DNA of 64,000 nt from Mobula hypostoma. Its lineage: Eukaryota. The notes under the pieces were generated by a model. The model was not told the DNA's origin, did not search any database, and saw nothing but the letters and a program-made list of their open reading frames with translations. The position numbers and the translations under genes are program-made. The stretch lies in assembly GCF_963921235.1 (NCBI RefSeq), contig NC_086119.1, forward strand, positions 43,896,001 to 43,960,000, given 5' to 3'. Positions 53,254-64,000 of the stretch are shown piece after piece (the first letter of the stretch is position 1; every line of letters starts with the position of its first letter).

Positions 53254-53297
<44 letters not shown>
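53254..53297. repeat. (CA)n microsatellite inside a short fold-back Penelope-derived element (~53213-53396)
   Basis: Seen directly; expansion of the family's acacac tract. Confidence 0.9.
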
Positions 53298-53302
<5 letters not shown>

Positions 53303-54479
53303 AGGAACTCAGTGGGTCAGACAGCATCTATAGAAGTTTATTCCTTTCCGTAGATGACGCCTGATCCGCTGAGTTCCTGCAGCATTTTGTGTTTGTTGCA
53401 CTGTGTAATGGTCTGTATGAACAGTAGCCAAGTCTACTTGCGACAATAATAAACCAATACCAAATCTTTCGAAGAATGGGCACTTGATGTATAGGAGATG
53501 TGGTGGCAGGTTTATGCACAGCAAGATCCCTCAAACTGGAAGGTGCAAACAGGCAGATCGACAGTTTTGTTTGGTGGAAATATATTGGGGGCAGTAGTGA
53601 GAATTCTGCTTGAAACAATGCTATGGAATTGTGTACATCCCTTTGAAAGGGCAGAGTTAGTTTAATATGTGTCTTAAAGGTTGACAGTTTATGGCACTGT
53701 GTATAGTATTTCATTGTAGTGACAACATAGGTTCTTATTCTCTGGATTTGGAGTTTAGCTGTACAGCTTTTTAAATTAGCAATAGAGGAACGGATTAAAA
53801 TATTCACACCCTAGATCTGGAACTTACTGTGCCCTTAGGTCCAGTCCATTTGTCCACCATGGCATAATTTCCCATTTATACTCTTGTTTAAAAAAAACTT
53901 GATACCTATGTTGAGGTTTTTAGTTGTTCCATCGCACATTACTGGATTTTCTGAGGAGTGGGGGGAGGATTTTCCAAACTTTGAAATGATTTGTAATAAT
54001 GAACAAACAACTTCTGCCTAAATGTGTGCTGGGGAGGAATTTACTTTCAGCAATCAATGCTAAACTGATTCAAGTTTATCTGTTTGCCAACACTCCTTCG
54101 ATTAGTTGACTTGAATAAACCGAATAAATGGGGGTTGTGGAGAAACTGGTGAACACACCCTCTCATCTACTGAATATGGTGATAAAAGACTTTTTGTTAA
54201 CCTCTCCATGTCTCCTCATTCTGTGAAGTAATTTTCATGTATTCTAACCACATAGAATTTTTCCAGTACTTCTACTGGAGGGAATGTTTATCAACTTGTC
54301 CTTAATGTCTCCCTTAAATATTACGGTGAAAATGAATGTGGTCTATTCCAACATGACCCCACATCCAAATCCATTGTTTTAAATATGGTTTGACAAAGGC
54401 TATGCATATACATTTATGAACAAACATGATTTTTCTTAAGCTTGTATTTCTCAAAAGCCTCATTCTTAAAGCAAAAGGC

Positions 54480-55290
54480 ATGGATGATATGAAGATTGGT
54501 GGAGGGGCATATAGTGTTGAGTAAACAGGTAGGATGCAGAAGGACTTAAATAAAATATTGAAAATGCACGGTCATGCACTTTTGTAGTAGAAATAAATGT
54601 GTGGACTATTTTCTAAACAGGGAGGACATCCAGGAATCTGAGATGCAGAGTGACTTGGGAGTCCTTGTGCAGAACACCCTGAAGGTTAACTTGCAGGTTG
54701 AGTCAGTGGTGAGGAAGGCAAATGCCATGTTAGCATTCATTTCAGGAGGTCTAGAATACAAGAGCAAGGATGTGATGCTAAAGCACTGGTGCGGCCTCAC
54801 CTTGAGTATTGTGAACAGTTTTGGGCCCCTCATCTTAGAAAAGATGTGCTGGCATTGGAGAGGGTCCAGAGGAGGTTCACAAGGATGATTCCAGGAATGA
54901 AAGGGTTATCATACGAGGAACGTTTGATGGCTCTGGGTCTGTAGTCGCTGTAATTCAGAAAGATGGGGGGGGATCTCAGTGAAACCTTTCGAATGTTGAA
55001 AGGCCCAGACAGAGTAGATGTGGTAAGGACGTTTCCCATGGTGGGAGAGTCTAGGACAAGAGGACACAGCCTCAGGATAGAAGGGCGCCCTTTCAAAACA
55101 GAGTTACGGAGAAATTTCTTTAGCCAAAGGGTGGTGAATTTGTTGCCAAGTGCAGCTGTGGAGGCCAGGTGGTTGCAGGAACTGGGGTTGAGGAGGAGAT
55201 AGAAAAAAGAATTAACCATGATTGAATGGCAGAGCAGACTCGATGGGCCAGATGGCCTAATTCTGCTCCTATGTCTAATGGTCTATGATT
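54480..55290 (+). mobile_element. Degraded CR1 LINE 3' part
   Basis: [25 protein letters not shown] and NFFSQRVVNL motifs. Confidence 0.88.
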
Positions 55291-55569
55291 TTTAAGTATA
55301 TTGTCAAGTTGGAGTAGTTTGAGTTTTTTTTTGTTTTAAAAGCAATGCTTATGGATTTTTAATATTAAGTGTGTTTTTAAGAAATTTTGCATATTCTTAA
55401 AGATTTTCACACCAGATATGGAAAAATGATTAATTGATCTCTGTTTCTGTGAGATAGTAGAATGCACAATTTTCTTGCACTCCTACTTCAGCCTTTATTT
55501 CCACATCATAACAGAAATGACATTTCTGTGCAGGAAGGATCCAACTAGTTCTATTCTATGTTGGTTTAA

Positions 55570-56700
55570 ATGTTTCGGTGAGAGTTCAAGTTTATTTTGC
55601 CATCTTACTGTACGTATATAGATCCAAATGAAACAAAGGTCCTCCAGACCACAGTGCACGTACAAAACATATAACACGCACATAAACCAAAATACTTCCA
55701 TAAAGAAGTGAGTAAAACAATTCAAAATGCATGCAGCATAGTTAAACAGTACAGTATACAGTAAACACTCACAACACACTGGAGGAACTCAGCAGGTCAA
55801 GCAGCATCTGTGGAAACGATCAGTCAATGTTTCGGGCCGGAACCCTTCATCAGGACTGAAGAGGGAAGGGGCAGAGGCCCTATAAAGAAGGTGGGGGGAG
55901 GGTGGGAAGGAGAAGGCTGGAAGGTTCCAGGTGAAAAACCAGTAAGGGGAAAGATTCCTTCCCTCTTCAGTCCTGATGAAAGGTTCCGGCCCAAAACGTT
56001 GACTGATTGTTTCCACGGATGCTGCCCGACCTGCTGAGTTCCTCCAGCTTGTCGTGAGTGTTGCTTTGACCCCAGCATCTGCAGAATATTTTGTGTATAC
56101 AGTAAACAGCTTGCTGACCTAATGACAAAAATTTGGTGATGGCAGGGTATTCATTAGTTTCACAGCCTGAGGGAAGAAGCTGTTTCAGAGTCTGGCTGTC
56201 TGAGTCCTGATGCTCCTGTACCTCCTTCCTGCTGGTAGTAGGTCAAAGAGATTGTGTGATGGGTGGGAGTAATCCTCAACAATGCTTTGGGTCCTTCGTC
56301 AGCAAAGCTCCTGGTATATGTCACAAATAGAGAGGTTGGAGGGTGGGGAGAGACACGGTAATCCTCTCTGCGGTTTTAACTATCCTCTGTTGGGTGTTGC
56401 GGTCTGATGCCTTGCAGCTCCCATACCACACAACAATGCAGCAAAACAGGACACTCTCAATGGTGCTCCTGTAGAAAGTTGATAGAATGGGGGCAGAGAG
56501 GCGTGCATGTCCCTTTCTCCTCAGAAAGTGTAGATACGACTGTGCCTCCTTGACTAGGAAGGTGGTGGTTTGGAATTGGATTAGATTGTCTGTTATGTGC
56601 ATACCAAGGGGCTTCGTGCTGTTCAGTCTGTCCACAGCAGAGCCATTGATGCTCAATGGAGAGCGATTGATCTGTGCCTTCAAGTCCACGCTCAAGGATT
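55570..56700 (-). mobile_element. Rex-Babar/L2-like LINE fragment, interrupted at 55768-56094
   Basis: FYRSTIESVLFCCIVVWYGSC...RIVKTAERI translation. Confidence 0.8.
55768..56094. mobile_element. Fold-back miniature Penelope-derived element with two hammerhead motifs (minus 55821-55858, plus 55968-56005), perfect 14-bp TSD
   Basis: TSD gtatacagtaaaca at 55754-55767 and 56095-56108; ~100-bp inverted arms. Confidence 0.9.
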
Positions 56701-56784
56701 GTACATTTTAGTATAGCATTACTCAGGTTGTAAAGCACTGTATTAGTGATTGCATGTTCTATTTATTTTGCCTCTCTGTAATTC

Positions 56785-57160
56785 TACCCTCTGGCCGTTA
56801 TGCCACAGGCGTTTAGAGCAGTAATGGAGGTCCTCTGTCTCTGGCGGCGTTAGTAGCTCTGTTTTCACCACTGTCAGTGATACAAGTTCCGGGTGGAGAT
56901 CCAGGAATACTGTCACATTCAGATGTAGAAAGATTCTTCATTGGTGTTTCCGTAACCGTTGTGCTTTACCAGCTTTGAGCTGAATCCCTGAACCTAGAGG
57001 ACCACCCTTAGTCTGGCTTCTACCCTTTGACCTGTTTGGCATGGGTGACTCTACCAAGAGCCAAAGCATAAAGCCCTGACTCCAGCCAACATAGCTCCCT
57101 GGGCCACTGAGGCCGCAAGCCTCCAAACCCTACAGCAAGGTTGTGGTCCCCTTGGAGGTC
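56785..57160 (-). mobile_element. Probable non-autonomous RTE-like (Expander/Rex3) element
   Basis: 5'UTR-like gctatgttggctggagtcagggc...ctcttggtagagtcacccatgcc on the minus strand; recognised from memory only. Confidence 0.4.
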
Positions 57161-57553
57161 TAATTCTAAAGCTTGGAAGTAACATTGTTTTATTAGTCAG
57201 AACAAAGTAGTTGGTTGACATGATGTTTGTTGCCTTTTCAAAAATGCATTTTTCAGAATGGAAGATCAGATTGACTTTCAAATGAATCTGTTTGTATAAT
57301 CGTAGGTTCACCTCATAAAAAGATGGATCATTGAGTTTGAATAGAGGGGGAATGCTCAGAAGAAGTTAAATTGTAATGGGTGTCTTCTGTAACAAAACAG
57401 AATGCTTTTCGTGTAAAAAGGCTGATGATGTTTGAGAAGTTGGGCTTGGCTGCAGTATTTTTTTTTGGATATAGTTGACCAGCAGCTTATGTCGACAGTG
57501 TTTTCTAGTTTAGCAACATGTGGTTTTTGAGAAACCCTTGAGCATATGCCCAG

Positions 57554-58441
57554 TGTGACGAGAATACACATAAAGCAAGATGTTAGCTGTCCTGTGCTGG
57601 CACCAGTGGGATCAGCAGTTGGTCTGCCACCTGTCTTCAGGAGAGAGAGAGATAAGGAAAACAATGAAGCAGCATTTGGAGATGTAAATGAAGGGACGGG
57701 AGAGTCTAACGGAAGGAGAGCTGTCAAGATCGGCTCACCCTTTGAACCCTGAACTGTTTGAAGTGATGGACAGGCGATACCCCAGCAGGGGAATAAAAAG
57801 GGACAGGTTCGCTAAGGCAGGACACACACGACACCCCGAGGTAACGAGACCCTGGAAGCGGTGCGACTCTCACAAGTTGGTGGGAAGTTTTGGACGACTG
57901 ATCGCGGGATCAAGCCATAGACGCACAGGGTGGAAAGGCACGATCGGCAGGAACCTGGTGTGTGTCCACCCTTGCCTGGGTGCCAGGTTCACCGCAGAGA
58001 AACGATCGTATCGGGAAACGGGTCACGGTCGGTGACCTCAGATGACATCACAAAGGACTCACCCGAAAGCTGACTGCGAAGGTCTGTGTGGAAGCCGTTT
58101 TGAATATTCATTCGTTTTGCTCTCTTTCTCCTTCCCCCCAACTGTCCATCGCCACGGCAGCGATTACTGCGAACTGATCTGAACTAAATTGAACTGAACT
58201 TTGCGTCACTTTGAAACTGGTCATTTACCCCTAGACAACGATAGAGCTTGATTGATCCTGTTATCTTAATTCTGTGTACATGTATGTTTATCATTACTGA
58301 ACTGTTGCATTTATTATCCTTCTGATTAGAGTACTGTGTTGCTTGTTCCTTTAATAAAACTTTCTTAGTTCTAGTAATCCAGACTCCAACTGAGTGATCC
58401 ATTTCTGCTGGTTTGGCAACCCAGTTACGGGGTACATAACA
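57554..58441 (+). mobile_element. Solo LTR (888 bp) in probable LIG3 intron 1
   Basis: TG...CA termini (tgtgacg / cataaca), perfect 4-bp TSD ccag at 57550-57553 and 58442-58445, AATAAA at 58353-58358. Confidence 0.85.
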
Positions 58442-60866
58442 CCAGAAAGAAATTTTTGTTTACAACATTGAAGACGTGTCGCTGGCATTGAGAATTAACA
58501 TTTTCCTTTTGGAGTTCTGCACATTTTTTAAAATAAATAATCTCGTTTTTGTTTGATGTGCATGATTTTGCTTGATTTTGGTGGGGGAGTAAAATAACGT
58601 AAATGAATGTGGACAGACAAGGAATTGTGAAAGAAAACTAATATATCTGCAAGAAATAATTTAGTTACATTTAAAATACAACAAAGTGAATAATTCTGTG
58701 ACCCATGGCAAACTGTTGGTTGGATTTCAGAGTTGCTCGATATAATTTGACAAGTTCAGATCTGCTTGCAGTGAAGTAGAAAAATGAACAAGCTGTCACA
58801 AAATTAAAAGACCGTTCGAATTCATGATGTCTTTTCAGTGGACGGCACACTCAGGAACCACATTGAATCAAGTGGGTGGACCTCTCAGTTGTCTCATCAG
58901 AGCCCCTGCAGGGGTAGCTTGCAACATGGATGCTAACTTGGCAGAAACTATTTGCCAAAGGTTTCTAAAAATGATTTGTGATACTTTTGAAAGCGTGGTA
59001 AATAATTAAAAAAAAACAATGTTCTTGATGCAGTGATCTAGTTATGAGAACCGTGCTTCCGTTCTCCAAGAATGAAAGTGGAGTAATATTGAGATGGGAA
59101 TTTGTTAATATATACAATTTCCTCTTACAACATTGTTTGGAAATGTCCTCAATGCATTTATGTAAAAAAATCCAAAGATGTTATGTCTGTGAACTGGTTC
59201 TGTAAACCACAATGCGAAGTGGTAATCTTCTGCCCCAGTGTTCAAAGATGTAATATGCTTATTGCTAGGACAGAAGATTATGCTGTTACTGGGCTTAAAA
59301 TGACTATTTCCTTGTAGGCAGACTTGTCACTCACACTGGTGCTTTATTAAACAAACACTATTAATGATAGATTTAACAGGCATCTTTATAAGGGATAAGT
59401 AGCTGGATGCAAGCAATGGATTTGTGCAATGTTTTGATTTAGCTGTGGTCACGGAGACTAAAAGTTGACTTGTCTTATGCACTGAATTATTCATCTGATA
59501 GCAAATAAACATTTTTAGCCAAATGCGTTTATAAAAATCACAAAGGTGCCCTGAGTGGAACCAAAATTAAAGACCAAAAATATCAATTCTTGAATATATA
59601 TCCTACTTGTTGTCTAAATCATAAATTAATAAAAATTCTCTGGTCCAGCATTTGTGGTCTGGCAACTTCTGTGATCCAGCATGTTTTGAATTTATAATAT
59701 AAATGTATGCTCATTGACTAGATCTGACTAAGATCTAGGACTAATTCCTAGATAATCAGTGCAACTTTCATGATCTCATGCAATTTAGAGAATCCGATTA
59801 ATTTGAAATCCTGATGGTTTAGCCTCTGGCTCAGTGTGTGACTTGACAGTCCAGGATGTACAGTTAGGGCTGGGCTAGGAATGTGAGGTAGGGTCCAAGG
59901 TGCCCTGTATTCCCTGTTCCCTTTAAACTCACTGGGTTTACTGGAAAAATTACTAAACCACTGTGTAAAATGATTTTTAAAAAAAATATATTAGAAGTTT
60001 GTTGAGGTATTAGATTAACATCTAACAGCCTGGAAAATGTGTTGGTCTAACGCTACCAAGATCCCAAGCATACTTGTTCATTAGTGTTGTACTATATCTG
60101 CTTGGCCAGTCCAAAAATCTGTTGATCTGGATACCAGCCTTAGCATCTGGCTTCTTGCTTTACTATTCCTATCATTTTACTCTTTATTTTATACTGTATA
60201 ATAGTGGCTTCCACATTCTTATTAGTTAATGATTTACTGATTTCATATTGGATTTATTAGTATCAATTTTATTTGTGATCTATAGTTTATGCTTCCTCCA
60301 CAGTGCTAGCTGACCCAAATCCCCTGCGATTTACCAGTTTGAAATGTATAGATTGAAAGGTACAAATTTAATTAGCCGATGTGACGCTAGCAACTTGAGC
60401 TACGATGTAATTATCCGAGGTTGTGTCAAGAAAGGTACATTAATATTACTCACCTTTGTCCAACAACAACTAATTTCCCAAGTATTGGACTGATAGAGTT
60501 GTGTAGCGCAGAGCCCTGCCCTTCTGCTCTGACTCACCCATGCCAATTGAAATGCTTATCTACCCCATTTTCCTGCATTTGGCCCATATCCCTCTTCTTT
60601 CCTATCATGTACCTATGCAAATACTTTTTAACTATTGTAATTCTACCCGCCTCTACCACCTCTGGCAGCTTGCTCCGTGCACCTACCATCCTCTATATGG
60701 AAAACCAAACCCTTCAGATCCTTTAAATGTTTTCTTTGCACCGTAAGTCTATGTCCTCGAGTTGTAAACTCCTTTATAGCACTGAAACAAGACCTTATCC
60801 ATACTGAGTAAGATGCTCATTTAAGATGGTCCCGTTTGCCTGCATTTGACCCATAACCCTCTAAAC

Positions 60867-60946
60867 CAGGGGTTCCCAAACTTTTTAATGTCATGGACCC
60901 CCACCATTAATTGAGGGACTTGTGGACCCCAGGTGGGGAACCCCTG
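60867..60946. mobile_element. 80-bp hAT (Charlie-like) MITE
   Basis: TIR caggggttccc/gggaacccctg; 8-bp TSD ctctaaac/ctctaagc. Confidence 0.85.
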
Positions 60947-62185
60947 CTCTAAGCCTTTCCTATTCATGTACCTGTCCAAATGTTTTCATACCTGCCTCAG
61001 ACATTTCTTCTAGCATTGGAGCTTCCACCTTTGGGAGAGGGGTGGCGGGGAATCGGGGTCATGGTGGAGCTACCTTGTTTCTGCCCTTCATAATTTCATA
61101 AACCTCTATTAAGTCACTGCTCAGCCTCCTGTGCTCCAGTGAGAAAAATCCTAGCCTTTCCAATCTCTTGTAACTGAAACCCTCTTTTGTAGGCAACAGC
61201 TTAATGAATCCCCATTCTCTCTAGCACTACCAAATGCTTTCTATGTTGTAGTGACCAGAGCTGCATACAGTATTCCAAGTGTAGCCACCCAACGCCTTGT
61301 TCAATGCAATATGACGTTGTTTCAACTCTTAGACTCAATACCTCTACCTATGACAGAAAGCAAGCTAAAAGCCAACATCATTCCCTTATCTGCCTGTGTC
61401 ATCATTTTCAAAGAATTATGAATTTGAATGCATAGATTGTTTTATCAAGACTTCTAAGGCCTTTAATGTTTATTGTGTATGAGATCAACGCTGAATCAGC
61501 ATGTCATTTTGTGAAAGTGCTATTTGAGCACTAAATAAGGATGACACTGGATGGCTGTATCCCTCATTCTCAATTTCTGTCTTTAGGCAGAACTAAACAG
61601 ATGAGATTTATGTTTGTGAAAAACTGGCAAAATATTTTTTTGCTGGGTGAGTGCTTAACAAATTTCTTTAAGACTAGCCTTAATGTTGAGATTTTTTGAC
61701 TGGTTTGCTACAGAAATCAGTGTAACATTACTTGGTTTATTATTTTCTCGAAGATGTGAAGTTGAACAGCGGTGATTGGAACTGTTAACCATGTATCTGA
61801 AAATAAATTAACATGGTTTACCCTTGCCAACATTGGAATTGTCAATCTCTTTGAAGATTGGAATGTACATCAGGGCATGTGTTAATGACTTGATATCCTG
61901 CTGTATGTTTTGAGCTGAAGTACTGAATTGACTATTGTGGCATTAATTTGCTATTTAAGAAATTTGCTTTTGCAAATTGTTACCAGCTCTGCAATGTGAC
62001 AAGTTTAAGTGTAGGTAGCATTGGGAATGGTGACCCAATTGTTAATTATTAGTCAAATGCTGCTATAATCAATTAGCTTTTCTTCTGCAATGGGAATGAC
62101 TTTAAATGATAAATACCTTATTTTAAGTTTTTTCTCTCTCCCTTGCAGGTGTTGCAGATGATCAGATAACTGGCATGAAACCTCC

Positions 62186-62747
62186 ATGTATAGGCTGCTT
62201 TCATATTTTACACAAGTTTTGCGTCAACTAGGGAAGACTCTTCCTGTACAAAGTCAGCTAGAAAGTTTGGTAGCTGAAAGCCAAAGCATTTCCTCCTCGT
62301 TTTCTATTACATATTTTCAACTTGTTCATCCCTCCTCGGCACGTTTGGCTGTGAACAGCTACTGGCTGCCAACAGAGCAAGGTGTGAGGCGCTGTGCGTT
62401 CAGCCCAGTCTTGGTGACATTCTCTTGGGCTCCAAGTTGCACGTTTTTAATACCAAAGGCCAAAATGCCAGAGCAGCGATATTGTGTGGACTATGCGAAG
62501 CGTGGCACAGCTGGCTGCAGAAAGTGCAGGGAGAAACTCCCAAAGGGATCAGTGCGGATCGGAAGGATTGTGCCAAACCCCTTTTCTGAGGGAGCCGAGA
62601 TGAAGGAGTGGTATCACATTAAATGCATGTTCGAGAAGCTGGAAAGAGCCCGACTAAGTACCAAGAAAATTGACGACTTAACTGATCTGGAAGGTTATGA
62701 AGAACTTCAGGATCCTGAGAGAGATTTGATCAACCAACATATCAAAG
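62186..62747 (+). CDS. LIG3: LIG3 first coding exon: 93-aa putative mitochondrial leader (ATG 62186), second ATG at 62465, PARP-type zinc finger
   Basis: MPEQRYCVDYAKRGTAGCRKC...VPNPFSE...KEWYHIKCMFEKLERAR matches DNA ligase III; acceptor ttgcag ending 62148; phase-1 donor after 62747; rest of the gene is outside the window. Confidence 0.93.
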
Positions 62748-63694
62748 GTCGGAGCAAGATCTTGATAATAGATTGCATCATTAGATAAATTCATACAGTA
62801 GTCTTTGTGATTTTTAAATCCATTGGGTTATTGGGTAGAATGAATTCCTTTTTCTTAGCCGTTAATGAACTGGATGGATTTGAAGTTCTGCGTTTCGTAA
62901 GAGGCTTGAATTGAGCTGAAGATGCGACTTTGCATTTGGCTGTGTTGTCCCTGTACTGAAGATTAGGAGGGCAAATATTCATGGTTCTTGTCCTGATTAC
63001 TGTCCAAAAGTTTAATTAGAAAGTATGGATGTCTGTTGAGAGTTACAATGTCCCTTGTGTCAAACAGTGATTTTTTTTTGGCTCACTGCGCTTTCACGGG
63101 ATGAGAAGCAACTTGGGTGTTTCTCCGGTTGGGACAACTTCTTTGGAAGCAGAAAGTGAGAATAGGCTGCTTGTCTGACTCCTCACAGGATTTTTTTGTG
63201 TTGATGTCAGTGACTAATTTCCAGGAACATGCATGGCTTTCCTAGCTTATAAATAACTTGCCTCTTGGATTGTGATTTTAAAGGTTGGTAGTATGCTTCA
63301 TGAAAAAGTACTAATAAAGCTTCTGTCTTTCTTCTAGAGCTTGCGGTCAAGAATGGCTTGTTATCTTCCAAAGTCAAGCCCTCCCAAAGTAACCCGACCG
63401 CAGCCACTCCATCGCCTCGTAAATTCTCTGGCTTCTCTGGTAAAGATGTATACTCCTTTGCTATTATTCTGTTGTGGCAATATTCTTTGTGAAGTGCTTT
63501 CCTTCACTTTATACGTTCTTCTTTCAAGAAATTCTAGCAGATGCAGGCTTGTAGAAAAAAAATTAAGATCTTATTTATGACTATCAGCTCTCAGATGACA
63601 TCAGTTGGTAGAGAAGAGGTACTGCAGGTTAGTTCGTATTACACAATTTTTAAGTTTCTTTTTGACTACTGTTCACTTGTATATATATGTATGT

Positions 63695-63905
63695 AGAACA
63701 TAGAAATTTACAGCACATTACGGGCCCTTCAGCCCACAATGTTGTGCCAACCATGTAATCTACTCTAGAAACTACCTAGAATTTCCCTAGCACATAGCCC
63801 TCTATTTTCCTAAGCTCCATATACCTATCTAAGAGGCTCTTAAAAGACCCTATTGTATCCGCTTCCACCACCACCACAGGCAGTGCATTCCATGCACCCA
63901 CCACT
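63695..63905 (-). mobile_element. CR1-type 3' end fragment, same family as ~14710-14905 and ~51093-51222
   Basis: Shared aacatagaaa...cagcacattacgggccc...catagccctctattttc sequence. Confidence 0.75.
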
Positions 63906-64000
63906 ATATAATAGTGAAGTAGTCAAAAGGAAAAGTTGTTGCAGCTGAATTTTTTATTTGTTCCTGATTTTGGTGCATGCACTTTCCAATTGGAATTGCA

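Noticed and set aside
43680-56094. Targeted insertion of Penelope derivatives into other transposons
   Set aside because: Several are nested in CR1, Gypsy-like or Rex-like copies, but much of the window is repeat and the TSDs share no motif, so chance explains it

Overview
Eukaryotic, intron-rich, repeat-dense vertebrate DNA. The CR1/HER1-like LINEs and HE1/V-SINE-like SINEs point to a cartilaginous fish, probably a ray (inference). Three genes can be rebuilt exon by exon: NSUN5 coding exons 1-4 (minus strand, continuing off the left edge), a complete six-coding-exon TRIM50 (plus strand, 475 aa, RING/B-box/coiled-coil/PRY-SPRY), and the 5' end of LIG3 (CpG-rich promoter, probable non-coding exon 1, and a first coding exon with a putative mitochondrial leader and PARP-type zinc finger). 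The rest is mostly transposable elements: CR1, Rex-Babar/L2-like and RTE-like LINE pieces, SINEs, solo LTRs, a Gypsy integrase relic, Tigger-, hAT- and Chapaev3-like DNA elements, and minisatellites. The most notable signal is a Penelope-like (Neptune-type, GIY-YIG) retroelement family. It occurs as fold-back insertions with 12-15 bp target-site duplications, and each arm carries a minimal type I hammerhead ribozyme motif. About a dozen motif copies are visible, at least two with an intact core, and one appears to have seeded a 17-bp minisatellite. All calls were made by eye; no alignment, folding or database search was run.
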